Below, piece by piece: positions 41,940-56,785 of a stretch of DNA of 64,000 nucleotides. Origin of the DNA: Octopus sinensis. Its lineage: Eukaryota. Positions within the stretch are counted from its first letter, which is position 1. Every line of letters starts with the position of its first letter. Location: assembly GCF_006345805.1 (NCBI RefSeq), contig NC_043012.1, positions 17,732,001-17,796,000 on the forward strand, written 5' to 3'. The position numbers and the translations under genes are program-made. The notes below the pieces were generated by a model that saw only the letters and a program-made list of their open reading frames with translations, was not told the DNA's origin and did no database searches.

Positions 41940-42320
41940 AGAGAAATAACCAGTTTCTAACCTAGATCCAAGGCTCGTTCATTGGAATTTCAACATCAAC
42001 AACAGGGTATTTTTGTTTGTTTGTTTGTATATATGTGTAGATTTGTATGTTTTTGTGTGCTTTCTCATGCATATAGTTCCATATCTAGACATGCTCACAT
42101 ATATATTTGATTATAAAAATATGTAAAGTTTTACAGATTTTTACAGTTTCAGTAATGGCCTCGATCTGTAGTCTTCGAATTAGCTTTCTTCTTTCTGATT
42201 TTGAGAAGCCTAATTTCTCAAGATTGGTATTTAGGCAGTGTGCTACATATCCCAGGGCCCCAATAATTACAGGTCTTCTAATCTCGATAGGGTAACTGCA
42301 GATGTTCTGATTTCTCCACG
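41940..42320 (-). mobile_element. 3' end of an RLE-endonuclease LINE (R2/R4/NeSL-like)
   Basis: PVIIGALGYVAHCLNTNLEKLGFS...LIRRLQIEAITETVKICK matches the PxxIGALG...LQ...GTxKI C-terminal pattern. Confidence 0.65.
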
Positions 42321-42487
42321 TATGAATGAATGTATGTATGTAGTATGTATGTATGTATGTATGTATGTATGTATGTATGTATGTATGTATGTATGTATGT
42401 ATGTATGTATGTATGTATGTATGTATGTATGTATGTATGTATGTGTGTCTGTATGGATGCATGCATGTGTGTATGTATATATGTGTG

Positions 42488-42518
<31 letters not shown>

Positions 42519-44029
42519 GAATGTATGATGTATGTATGTATGCATGTACGACTTTTCTTTGATTTTAGTTCTTGAAAAAGAGTTCAAGTGTGTGCAACTA
42601 TTCGCGTAAAAATCTCAGATAGTGAATTCTTGGAATGTCTTACAGATCTTCGCTGTGCCACTAATAGATTGGATTTGGAGTATCCGCGTTAGTTTCTTTT
42701 GCTCTTTCTCCCTGAAACACAGCATTTGCAGTTTTTTGTATGAATGTGTTGCTACATAACCTAAATCACGAGTAGGACAAATGAGAAGTCATAGTCAGAG
42801 TCAAGTTTGCTTGGTGAGGTGCGTGTTTATTGGACACGCTGCGGGATGAAAGACAAAACCTGTCAAAGAGCGGAGGAACTCTTGAGAGTCAAAGACCATC
42901 GAATAAATGTCTTAGGCAGTATCATGCGCAGGGACATAGAAATAATCGGACTGAATACCCGATCGCGCGGATAAACAATTGGGAGTGAAGGACTCCTAGC
43001 CTTTATTAGGGCATCCCTCTAGGAGAAGGTAACTCAGGTAACTGGGATAACTCCGACATAAACTCTGTGGCTCAGTGGTTACAGATGATGTTGACTTGTT
43101 CTTCTTTTCGGATTATGGCTGCTGTTGCTTAGTGAGTGGGATTGACTCAGTGCACAGCCTTTCCTCACTTAAAAAAAAATCTTCTTGCACAGGCATTGCA
43201 CGATAACAACATTGATTAAGCTTCGTGCAATGGCCATACTCGATAACGAGGGGGCAGCCACCATATATGTATGTAATGTATTTCCGAAGTTGATATCTAT
43301 ATAATCGCCTCTTCAATTGCTACAAAAATATGTAGTCAGCAAAAGCAATATATCACTGCTACTGCCGTACGTTTGTCAGTAATGATAAAAATGAAACGTT
43401 AAATCTATGGTTGTGTGAGCGACGAATATTAAATGTTGAAGCTAAATAACGCAACTCATGAAAGCCATCAATCTGAAATCCCCAACGTATCGACGTCTGG
43501 GCAACAAACATTGATAAGCGTGTCAGAGATCGGGAGTTGTTTCAAGAGAAATGTTTTCACATATTCTAAATATTTTGAGATGTAATTCCTATCTGTTCCC
43601 ATGGGCAATAACATTCGCTGTAATTATAATTAACACTGATTATATTTAATGTAATTCAAACAATAGACGAAATATTAAGAATAACAAAAGAATATTATGG
43701 ACTGTAGTCTGTGTTGCTAAGTTTTGAAATACCTACAAAGCAGCAAGGAGACATATTCTTTAGCACGCCGGACAAAATGCTTTGTGGCTCCTAGTCCGTC
43801 TTTACGTACTGCGTATAGGCGAAACTACGACTAGTCTGCTGATCCTAGAGGCGGTTATGTGACGGTTACCTCGCCTGTTAGCATATGTATGCATTGCGCT
43901 ATACTCAAAGCATAAGGAGTATTCTAAAATGTATCTTTGGTAATGTAGATGCTTCGGTACACATAGTTATGATTGAGGCATTAACTGAATTCCTAATATT
44001 CGTCCTAATTATTATACAAAGAAGCATTT

Positions 44030-44212
44030 TCACGGGCAAGGGTAAATCTGTTACCTCGACCCTAGTACTTAACTGGAACATTATTTTATCGACACCAAAA
44101 TGATGAGAGTTAGAATAAAGCCTAATGGGATTTGCACTCAGAATTGAAGCCAGAAGCTATATTACTATGATTTTGTCCGACGTACAAACGATTCTGCCAG
44201 CTCATTACCTTC
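44030..44212 (-). mobile_element. SINE family A, diverged copy
   Basis: Reverse complement of the head (AAGGTAATGAGCTGGCAGAATCGTTTGTACG) and body of 71-304. Confidence 0.7.
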
Positions 44213-44357
44213 TCAATAATAACTATATTAATTCCTTACTTTGGTACAAGGCCAGCAGTTTTGATTTGAAGATATTACTCGATTATGCCGTAAAAAAGGA
44301 CGAAATGCTGCTAAGAATCTCGCCCGGTCTGCTAGCGAATCAGTCTGCGCGCCGACT

Positions 44358-44413
<56 letters not shown>

Positions 44414-44477
44414 TAATAATAATATTAATAATAATAATAATAATAATAATGATTTTAATAATAATAATATTAATGAT

Positions 44478-44655
44478 ATAGCCTGAAATTTTAGGGGTGG
44501 AGAAAAGTCAATTACATCGATCCCAGTGATCAACTGGTAATTATTTTATCGACCCAGTCAGATTGAAGGCAATATTGAACCCAAAACGTGAAGGCAGACG
44601 AAATAACGCTAAACCGTTCGCCCGGGGTGCTAGCTATTCTGCCAGCTCACCAACA
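44478..44655 (-). mobile_element. SINE family A, diverged copy
   Basis: Minus strand GGTGAGCTGGCAGAATAGCTAGCACCCCGGGCGAA...GGGTCGATAAAATAATTACCAG...GGGATCGATGTAAT. Confidence 0.75.
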
Positions 44656-45339
44656 TCACCACCATAAAGTAACAAAACAGGGAAAGCAATCCAGAATTCT
44701 TATCCGGTACCGGATCGATTCCCAAATCTAATATGTTCGTGCAGGTCACGAGAACAAATATCCCTGAAAGTTTCATCTGAATCCATCCCGAGACATCTTG
44801 TCCACGGACAAACAAACAAACACGTCTGAAAACAATACCTCCGCCTTCGCTAAGATAGAGGTAGTAATAATAATAATATTGATGATGATGCTGCTGCTGC
44901 TGATGATAATGATAATAAAGAAATACTTCGTTGCCTTAGGGGTAACAGGTGAAAGACTCTTACAGGGAAAAATTTACACAAATTTGTCGGTTCTACATCG
45001 AGTGTGATTCAGAAAATGATACTTTACAGCAATATAAATAATATAAATAATATAAATAATATAAATAATATCAAATAAATAAAATGAAATTACCTCAGGC
45101 AAGTTTAGCACCAGCCCCCCCCCCCCGCTTACCATAACCACCATTTCTATTACTTAACAACAACAACAAGACGAATAACATAGACAACAACAACAGCTAC
45201 CTCAGCGCGAACGACAACAATAATAACTCGACAAAAGCTCAAAATTGATCAGATAAATATATTATTGTGTCACCGGAGGTATAAAAGGCAAGGCTATCGG
45301 CTCCATCAATAATAATCAAAACAAACCAGCTTCAGCAAC

Positions 45340-47420
<2,081 letters not shown>

Positions 47421-48354
47421 GTAGTAGTGGTGGTGGCTGTGGCTGGGCTGTCGTTGTTGCCACTTCTGTTGTTCGTCGAAATTCTATAGAGAAATAGAGT
47501 GGATGCTGGTGGCGCTGTCAGCGATTATATCAGGTGCGTTGATGAGGATTTTGATGAGAAAATTATTAGCGATAGATGATGAATTATCAGAAGGACTTTT
47601 TATTTTTTTTTATTTTCCACTGAACATATTTGAATAAGGACCTTCCTTCCCCAATCACAACGGACAATTGAACTATTTCAATCTCGTTTTTATGTAGTCA
47701 ATTAGGGACAATAGTTTGAAATGAAATAGATCAATCGTATTCACGCTTCCACAAATCAATAGAATGGTTAACACAAACGCCCATGCTTTATGGAGCAAAG
47801 CAATTCTTGTCAATAATAGTTTTTCTAAGTTCAAAGCGAAAGAGAAAATTTGTTTTCCAACTTATTGTTACCGTATTATATTAACATATCAGATCATTAA
47901 TTTAAAAAAAAAAAAAAAAAGGAACGGAGTCCTGTTTCAGTAAATACATTTTAGTGTACATTTGGAGTTTTCGACTGTTTGTCTTGTTGGCATAAAATCC
48001 TAAATTCATAGATACGCATTTTCTGGGTTACATCTTTATTTATTTAATCCATATATTGTGTGAAAATTCTTTGATCCTATATCGTGTTTTTAAAATGAGT
48101 TATTTGATATTTTGCCAATGTTGTTGAGAATAAATACAGTAAGGATGTAAACAATTTTCTCGTGTTTATAATTTAATATTAGCTTATTTTGAGGCAAGTT
48201 TCAGATAACAAAAACGTATATTATTGGCCAAACGATTTCCCGAAACGAGTTTTTGAGGAGAAGGCAGTTCAATTTCGATTAGAGTTTGTTTACTTGTACT
48301 CATATAACGAATGCACGAATGTGATAGTCAAGATCCATTATGATGTCAATATTT

Positions 48355-50095
48355 CTTAGCTTGGAAAAGCGGGAGCTGGCAGAAAGGTTAGCACGCGGGA
48401 AATGCTTAGATGTATTTCGTCTGTCATTAACGTTTGAGTTCAAATTCCGCCGATTTCGACTTTCATCCTCTCGGGGTCGATAAGTTAAGTACCAGTTGCA
48501 TACTGAGGTCAATCTAATCGACTGCCCCTTCCACCAAATTTCGAGCCTTGTGCCTAGAGTAGAAAAGAATACTTCTTAGCTAGGAAAAGCGGAAGCTGGC
48601 AGACTCGTTAGTACGCTGGGCGAAATGCTTAGCGCCGAGGTCAACTTTGCATTTAATCCTTCCGTAGTGGATTAAGTAAGTACCAGTTACGCACTGGGGT
48701 CGATGTAATCAACTTAATCCCTTTGCCTGTGCTTGTTTGTTCCCTCTGTGTTTAGCCTCTTGTGGGCAATAAAAATTAATATAACGTAGTAGTGATTAAT
48801 ACAATACAACAGCATAATGTAGCGTAACTGACATGTAAAGCATGAACTATGGTATATGTGCTATGCTAGAAACGTTAGCACGGGAAAATGCTTAGCGGTA
48901 TTTCGTCTGCCGTTACGTTCTGAGTTCAAATTCCGCCGAGGTCGACTTTACCTTTCATCCCTTCGGGGTCGTACACACTGGGGTCGATATAATTGACTTA
49001 ATCCGTTTGTCTGTCCTTGTTTGTCCTCTCTATGTTTAGCCCCTTGTGGGTAGTAAAGAAATAAGTATTTCCTCTGTCTTTACATTCTGAGTTCAAATTC
49101 CGCCGAGGTCGACTTTGCCTTTCATACTTTCGGGGTCGATAAATTTAGTACCAGTTGCATACTCATCGACTGGACCCCTGTCCAAAAATTTCGGGCCTTG
49201 CACTTAGACTAGAAAAGAATATTCCTTAGCTTGTAAGGTGTCGAGCAGGCAGAAACTTTAGCAAGGCGAAATGCTTAGCTTTATTTCGCCTGCCTTTACG
49301 TTCTGAGTTCAAATTCCGCGATGGTCGACTTTACCTTTCATCCTTTCAGGGTCGATAAATTAAGTACCAGTTGCATACTCGGATCGATCTCATCGACTGG
49401 ACCCCTCTCCAAAAGTTCGCGCCTTGCACCTAGAGTACAAAAACATATTTCTTAGTTTGTAAGGCGGCGAGCTGGCAGAATCGTTACGACGTCTGGAAAA
49501 ATGTTTAGCGGCATTACGTCTCTCTTTACACTCTGAGTTCAAATCCCACCGAGGCCGCCTTTACTTCTCATTTTGGGGTCGATATAATGAGAACCAGTTG
49601 AGAGCTGGCGGTCAATGCATTTGACTTACCCCCACCCCAGACTTGCTTGCCTGTGCCAAAATATGAAACCATTATTGTAGAGTCGAGATGCTTAGCTGTA
49701 TTTCGTCCGTCTTTAAGGTCTGAGTTCAAATTCCTCCGAGGCCGACTCTGTTCTTCATCATTTAGAGGTGGATAAAATAAGAGCTATCCGAGCACTGGGG
49801 CGGACGTAATCCATTTAATATGGCTCCTGATATTACTAGCCATGTGAAAAAACTTGAAATATTATTCCTTACCTTGTAGACAGGCGAGCTGGCCGGAACT
49901 TTGACACGTAGATGTAAATGCCCAATGGCATTTCGACCGCCTTTAGTTCCGAGTTCGAATTCTACCGAAGTCTGCTTTGCCTTATCCTTTAGGGTACCAG
50001 GGAAAATAAGCATCAGTTTAGCACTGGGGTCGATGTAATCAATTTACCGCCTCCCCGAAAGTGGGGGCCCTGTGCCAAAATTTGAAATCAATATA
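48355..50095 (+). mobile_element. Head-to-tail array of ~8 family A SINEs
   Basis: Copies start near 48355, 48571, 48865, 49043, 49222, 49448, 49680 and 49872. Most retain a B-box-like GAGTTCAAATTCC. Confidence 0.85.
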
Positions 50096-50489
50096 TCTTT
50101 CCTTGTTATTGGTTATAACGCTACGCTGGGAGATAAATGTCTTTATGACCAAATCTTCCTCATTATAAATGCATAACAGCGAATTACAAGAAGTGCATCA
50201 ATTTCATATGGAAAAAAAGCTCTTCGTTGAACTGCAGTGATAAGTTCAAATTTAACGGTACAAGAGATAGCTATCTCGACTGACTCTTGTGTCCACCCAG
50301 CTGTAAGTAATTAGAGATGAAATGATAGACTTGAGAAGATATTAGATTATCTCCTGAGATACGTGAAAGTGATTCAGCCGACGGTTCATTGTGAATTCTT
50401 TAGATGCAGACTATTCACTCATGTGTCCGGAAAATGTTACATATAATTTATCTGCATTTGTTTCATATTTTGGTGCGAGGCCAGCAAGT

Positions 50490-50655
50490 TCAGGGACGAT
50501 AGGTAAGCCGATTACATTGATCCCAGTTCTCAACTGGTACTTATTTTACTGCCCCCGAGAAGACGAAAGACAATGTCGACCGAAATTTCAACATTGAATG
50601 TAAAGACGCACAAAATACCGCTTAGCGTTTTGTTAGCGTACTAACGATTCCGGCG
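50490..50655 (-). mobile_element. SINE family A, diverged copy
   Basis: Reverse complement of GCCGGAATCGTTAGTACGCTAACAAAACGCTAAGCGGTATTTTG...GGTCGAC...AAGTACCAG. Confidence 0.65.
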
Positions 50656-51285
50656 GCACACTGCTTTAATGGCAGCACACAGCCTTAATGGTGACACACC
50701 GCTTTAATGTCAACTAATGTTACCTGACTAGATGTCGTTGAGCTACAGAATCATTAACACGCAGACAAAACGTGCGCCTTTATATTCGGAGTTCCAATTC
50801 CGCTGAGGTCGATGTAGCTGTTGAGCACATGGGTCAATGTAAATCAAAAAACCCCCATCTGTTTTAAATACATTTTCGGTTATAAGGAATTATCGAGGCT
50901 ACAAATACGCTTTGTATCTTTTTTTCCTGTATATTCCTTCTGTTGGCGACAAATAGAACAACTGTGATACTGAAGATACCTACCCAGGTAGAAACATGTG
51001 TCTACAGCTATCGTCTAGTCTACAGATGTTCTAATGATTTTTACTTTTTATGGTAAGTCAATATACTGGATTCTTGGTTCACGTGATTGTCTCCTTTATC
51101 ATTTGCTTTTGATCACAACTTCACTGCAAGCTGAGGCAAGTTTGATAAATCACAAATCTCTATCGCATGGTAGGTATTTAATCCGTTGCGCTTCTTTGAT
51201 TTTGACTCTCAAATGTATACTAATGCCTACACGTATCAATTTTTTAGGGCCAACATTTGATTCACTGACCTGTGGGTATATATAT

Positions 51286-51372
<87 letters not shown>

Positions 51373-51629
51373 TCTTATGAGTAAGGTCCAAAATCCAACA
51401 GAGTTTAAAATGGGTCCTTCCAAATATAGAGTTTACACACAATGTAAGATTCCCTTATGAGTGAGATCCAGCATTTTTGAAACTTGGTCATTCCAAGCAG
51501 AGAGTTTATATATAGTGTTGCAGTCAAAGGCTTTTTATCTTTATATCTTGCATCTAAATACTTTCCCCCACCTCACTCTGTACGTTATATCACATCTAAC
51601 TAACTATGACTTAATCATCCTCTCACACC

Positions 51630-51679
51630 GTCTCCGATGAAGGATATAATTAATGAATACCCTGAAACAGCTGTAAGAC
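51630..51679 (+). ncRNA. Type I minimal hammerhead-like motif (core CCGATGA); duplicate at 52584-52633
   Basis: GTCT CCGATGA AGG...CCT GAAA CAGCTG TA AGAC, with palindromic stem III ACAGCTGT and a GUA triplet. Upstream ESLYIVLQ resembles a Penelope GIY-YIG C-terminus. Confidence 0.6.
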
Positions 51680-52054
51680 TTATCTATAAATGTTCTAATA
51701 TCTATACATCCTTGGTTTTTTATCTCATTACGCAAAAATTTCTTATATATATATATATGTGTGTGTGTGAATGTGTGTGTGTGTATACATAAATATATAT
51801 ATATATATATGTATGTAAATAAGTGTATATGTATGTGTACATATATGTAAATATATATATGTATGTGTACATATATGTAAATATATATATGTATGTAATA
51901 TATATATATATACATATGTATATATATATATATACATACATATATGTATATATATATACATATATAACGGGAAGGTTTACGAAAATAAAGGCAGGTGGAG
52001 TACAAACAAACAAATGCATTAGTATGGCGCTCAGGAATAGAAATAGAACAAGTA

Positions 52055-52088
52055 TTTTACGTTTCGAGCCTACGCTCTTCGACAGAAA
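52055..52088 (-). ncRNA. Minimal hammerhead-like motif (core CTGTCGAA); duplicate at 53012-53045
   Basis: Minus strand TTT CTGTCGAA GAGC-GTAG-GCTC GAAA CG TA AAA. Perfect stem II, palindromic ACGT stem III, non-canonical core. Confidence 0.45.
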
Positions 52089-52234
52089 GATACACAGAAA
52101 AAAAACAAGGAGAGAAAAATGCGTGTAGGAGCTAACAATCTATCATGGCGTTCATATATATATGTATGTTTATATATATATATATATGATGTGTATATAT
52201 ATACGTGTACATATCTGTATGTATATGTATATGT

Positions 52235-52325
<91 letters not shown>

Positions 52326-53190
52326 TCTTATGAGTAAGGTCCAAAATCCAACAGAGTTTAAAATGGGTCCTTCCAAATATAGAGTTTACACACAATGTAA
52401 GATTCCCTTATGAGTGAGATCCAGCATTTTTGAAACTTGGTCATTCCAAGCAGAGAGTTTATATATAGTGTTGCAGTCAAAGGCTTTTTATCTTTATATC
52501 TTGCATCTAAATACTTTCCCCCACCTCACTCTGTACGTTATATCACATCTAAACTAACTATGACTTAATCATCCTCTCACACCGTCTCCGATGAAGGATA
52601 TAATTAATGAATACTCTGAAACAGCTGTAAGACTTATCTATAAATGTTCTAATATCTATACATCCTTGGTTTTTTATCTCATTACGCAAAAATTTCTTAT
52701 ATATATATATATATATGTGTGTGTGTGAATGTGTGTGTGTGTATACATAAATATATATATATATATATATGTATGTAAATAAGTGTATATGTATGTGTAC
52801 ATATATGTAAATATATATATGTATGTGTACATATATGTAAATATATATATGTATGTATATATATATATATACATATGTATATATATATATACATACATAT
52901 ATGTATATATATATACATATATAACGGGAAGGTTTACGAAAATAAAGGCAGGTGGAGTACAAACAAACAAATGCATTAGTATGGCGCTCAGGAATAGAAA
53001 TAGAACAAGTATTTTACGTTTCGAGCCTACGCTCTTCGACGGAAAGATACACAGAAAAAAAACAAGGAGAGAAAAATGCGTGTAGGAGCTAACAATCTAT
53101 CATGGCGTTCATATATATATGTATGTTTATATATATATATATATGATGTGTATATATATACGTGTACATATCTGTATGTATATGTATATG

Positions 53191-53234
<44 letters not shown>

Positions 53235-53697
53235 ATATATATATATATACACACTACGAAAGGAGAGGGACGAGAAAAAAGGAGAGATAAAGAGAGAGAG
53301 AGAGGGGAGAGAAAAAGAGGAGGAGAGATATAGAAAGAGATGCTTAGGATGCGTTCCTGCGTATGTGAAGTGTGAAACTAATATGATAAACATTCTCTCT
53401 TTCTCTCTCTCTCAATATATATATGTATATATATATATATTATATATATATATATATATATCGAAATGTATAGATTTAAAAGAAATCGATTAATGTATAT
53501 CAATATTGTGGATGCCAAAAGTAAACACGTTGATCAATGTCAAAATATTAATCGCTGAAAATATACGGAGAATTCAACATAAAGACGGTCCGGGTATGAG
53601 AGCTTGTTATTCTTTTAGTTCTTTACTTCACATATTAATATCAGATAGAACTCCCCCTCCTTTTATACATATAGGCAATATATATGTGATACATGTC

Positions 53698-53798
<101 letters not shown>

Positions 53799-54012
53799 GA
53801 AGTAGATAAATGAATTATCTTATTACGGATGTCGAAAAGCTTGCTGTGCATTTGTTGGAGAATTAAGTTCCTGGATTTTCCTGAAGAGAAGGCTGCAAAA
53901 TGGACTCCTTATTCAATCCGAATTAGGGACTTTGCAGCCTTTGAAACATATGTAGAAAATAATAAAAAGGAATTTTGTTAAATCTTCGTTCAGCTCCATT
54001 TCTTCCTACACT

Positions 54013-54077
<65 letters not shown>

Positions 54078-54084
54078 ATATATA

Positions 54085-54370
54085 TCGTTAGGTAGTGAGA
54101 TCGATTCCCGACCGTGCTACGTGTTGTGTTCTTGAGCAAGAAACTTTATTTCACGTTACTCCAGTCAACTGAGCTGTAGAAATGAGTTGTGAAATGAGTT
54201 GTGACATCACTGGTGCCAAGCTGTATCGACCTTTGCCTTTTCCTTTGATAACATCAGTGATGTGGAGAGGGGAGGCTGGTATGCATGGGCGAATGCTGGC
54301 CATCCACAAACAACATTGCCCGGACTTGCGCCTCAGAGGGTAACTTTCCAGGTGCAATTCCATAGTCATT
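54085..54370 (+). mobile_element. SINE family E with a deeply conserved-type central domain
   Basis: tRNA-like GAGATCGATTCCCGACC followed by GTGTTGTGTTCTTGAGCAAGAAACTTTATTTCAC, resembling the GTGTCCTTGAGCAAGACACTT domain of metazoan SINE superfamilies. Confidence 0.55.
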
Positions 54371-54422
54371 CATGAACGATGGGGGTCTCCCTCTGTCTCT
54401 CTCTCTGTATATATATATATAT

Positions 54423-54483
<61 letters not shown>

Positions 54484-54493
54484 CATATATATA

Positions 54494-54536
<43 letters not shown>

Positions 54537-54539
54537 CAT

Positions 54540-55300
54540 ACAAGATGTGATGGGTAAATTGTAGCCATTTTATAAGTTTTACTTCACGCATGGGCGTGTT
54601 TTGGTTTTTGGTTTTGTCGACTACACAGTATAGCTGCGTCAGTTGTGTACCATCAACAACATGGTGCAATTCATTCTGACAGAAACCTGGAAACGACATG
54701 CTGTACAGCTTACCTTTTGCGCCGGAAGCCCTAATACGAACATTTCAGAGTATTTGTGTGTCAGTTGAGGACAGTGCAATCTGAGGACATGTGCCGAGAG
54801 TGATAAAAACTCAAACATCTAATCAACATCATGATGTTTGGAGTGTTCACTAGTGATGGCGACTTTATGCCTCCATTTGTCCTTCCACACGGGCTCAGAC
54901 TCAATACGGAGCCTTCGATCAAGTGTCTAGAAGAGGTAGTGCTGGCCTAGGTCAAGAGATTGGCTGCTCGAAAACGCTATGTCTGGCAGCAGGACTCTGG
55001 ACCATGCCACACAAGCAGGCTGTCAAACAATTTCTGCGGCCACATCACCCATAACATCTGGCCACTTAACACCCCAGACTGCAACCCCGTTGATTATTAT
55101 CAACTGGCCACCAAAAATCATTGTAACATCAATGATGGACTGAAGGCAAGGTTTATGGCAGCACCCATCAACTTAATCAATGAGAGTGTCAAGAGGAGTT
55201 GCAGGTTGAAATCAATAGCGATCTTATTGAAGAAATTTACTGTTTACTATTTGAAGGATTTGAAGATATTTTTTATGTCATTTTGGTAAATATATCTGTG
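54540..55300 (+). mobile_element. Internally deleted maT/DD37D-like transposon
   Basis: 5' end homologous to the reverse complement of 30600-30716. Reads RYVWQQDSGPCHTSRLSNNFCGHITHNIWPLNTPDCNPVDYY. Confidence 0.85.
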
Positions 55301-55559
55301 AAAAAGAGACGTCAGTGCTATTTTCATTTTTGCATAATCTAAACGACAGTTTATTCCTTGCACTCGGTATATTCACACCCATATGAGAAATAAAAATATA
55401 TAAATATATGTATAAGCGTACATGAAGATAAAATTGATTCTGTATGCATTCTGCTAGCAGTAGAGAATGCTGGTTATAGGTTTCTCCTCTAATGTGCGCT
55501 GGTGTGTCCTCAAGAATATGGTAAAGACCAGAAAACGAAGCCTCCTTTTGTTTCAGCTG

Positions 55560-55930
55560 CGCACACCCTCGCACTCTCTCATTCGCTCAGTCCCACTCGC
55601 ACCGATTCCCACAGTCGCACTTACACTCAGTGAGTTAATCAAACGCACACTCACTCATTCATACACTCACTCGTTCGCTCGCTCACTCACTCATTTATTC
55701 ACTCCAGCACTCAGTCGCCCACTCACTCACTCACTCGCTCGCTCTCTCACTCACTCTCTCACTCCATCATTTACTCACCTACTGACACCATCACTCGCTT
55801 GCTCATTTAATCACTCACTCGCTCGTTCACTTATTCATTCCATCACTCACTCAATAAATCACTCCACCACTCAGTCACTCCACCACCCACCTCACTGCAT
55901 CACTCACTCACTCACTCACACACTCACTAA
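55560..55930. repeat. Degenerate (CACT/CGCT)n tetranucleotide tract
   Basis: Read directly from the sequence. Confidence 0.85.
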
Positions 55931-56010
55931 CACTATACGCTCTATGTGCCTGAGATGTGATACACACAAAACACATGAATAAAATATACATTTCCACCTT
56001 GCACCTATGC

Positions 56011-56202
56011 ATAAGGTGAGGGGCACGAGTCGTTAGAGCGCCCGCCATCTTTTATTGTCTGAGCTCAAATTGCGCCGGTGTCGACTTTGCCTTTCATCCC
56101 TTCAGGGTCGATTGAATAAGTACTAGTGGATCACTGTGGTCGATGTAATCGATTTATACCCTGTCAGAAACTGCTGGCCTTTTATCAAAATTTGAAATCA
56201 AT
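56011..56202 (+). mobile_element. SINE family A, diverged copy
   Basis: GAGCTCAAATTGCGCCGGTGTCGACTTTGCCTTTCATCCCTTCAGGGTCGAT...AAAATTTGAAATCAAT. Confidence 0.75.
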
Positions 56203-56747
56203 ATGCATACATACATACATACATACATACATAATACATACATAGATATACATATATCTATACATACATATATATCTATAAATATATGTATATACTTGAA
56301 TATACATATGTATATATAATTATTTATATGTGTACATGTCTGTGCCTGTGTATATTTATATGTATCTGCACTCACTAACGAACACAAATGCATATTCAAA
56401 GTTTTCATAGGGAGAGGTATCTAATAAGTTACCTTATTCGATTCGATTATATGAGAACTGGGAACGAATGTGGTTTTAACACAAAAACAGCAACAGCGGC
56501 AGAGGAACTTCAGATATAATAACTACAATAGAGAAGTCGAATGTAAAATAATATACAAGACAAATATATGTGTGTGTTATCGAACATCAATGAATCAACA
56601 TCAAATGAAGATCGAAATTATGGTTCTAATAATGGTCGGAAACTGTGAAGGTTTATATTGATTGAGTTATTCGATTAGTATTTCCTCCACCTTTAGGATT
56701 TGTGATACATACATACATGATACACAACACACACACACACACACACA

Positions 56748-56785
<38 letters not shown>

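Larger units (their letters stand above)
51280..53250. repeat. Tandem duplication of a ~955-bp unit bounded by (TA)n tracts
   Basis: CTTATGAGTAAGGTCC at 51374 and 52327. Copies are near-identical. Confidence 0.95.

Noticed and set aside
42640-43150. GC-raised segment resembling an RTE 5' UTR (CTCTAGGAGAAGG)
   Set aside because: Resemblance too short to support a call without a search.
50653-50709. Three ~19-bp tandem units (CACAC.GC.TTAATG)
   Set aside because: Ordinary short minisatellite at a SINE edge, with no further structure.
53551-53595. TCG CTGAAAA ... ACGGTC CGG hammerhead-like trace
   Set aside because: No GAAA and no stem II pairing.
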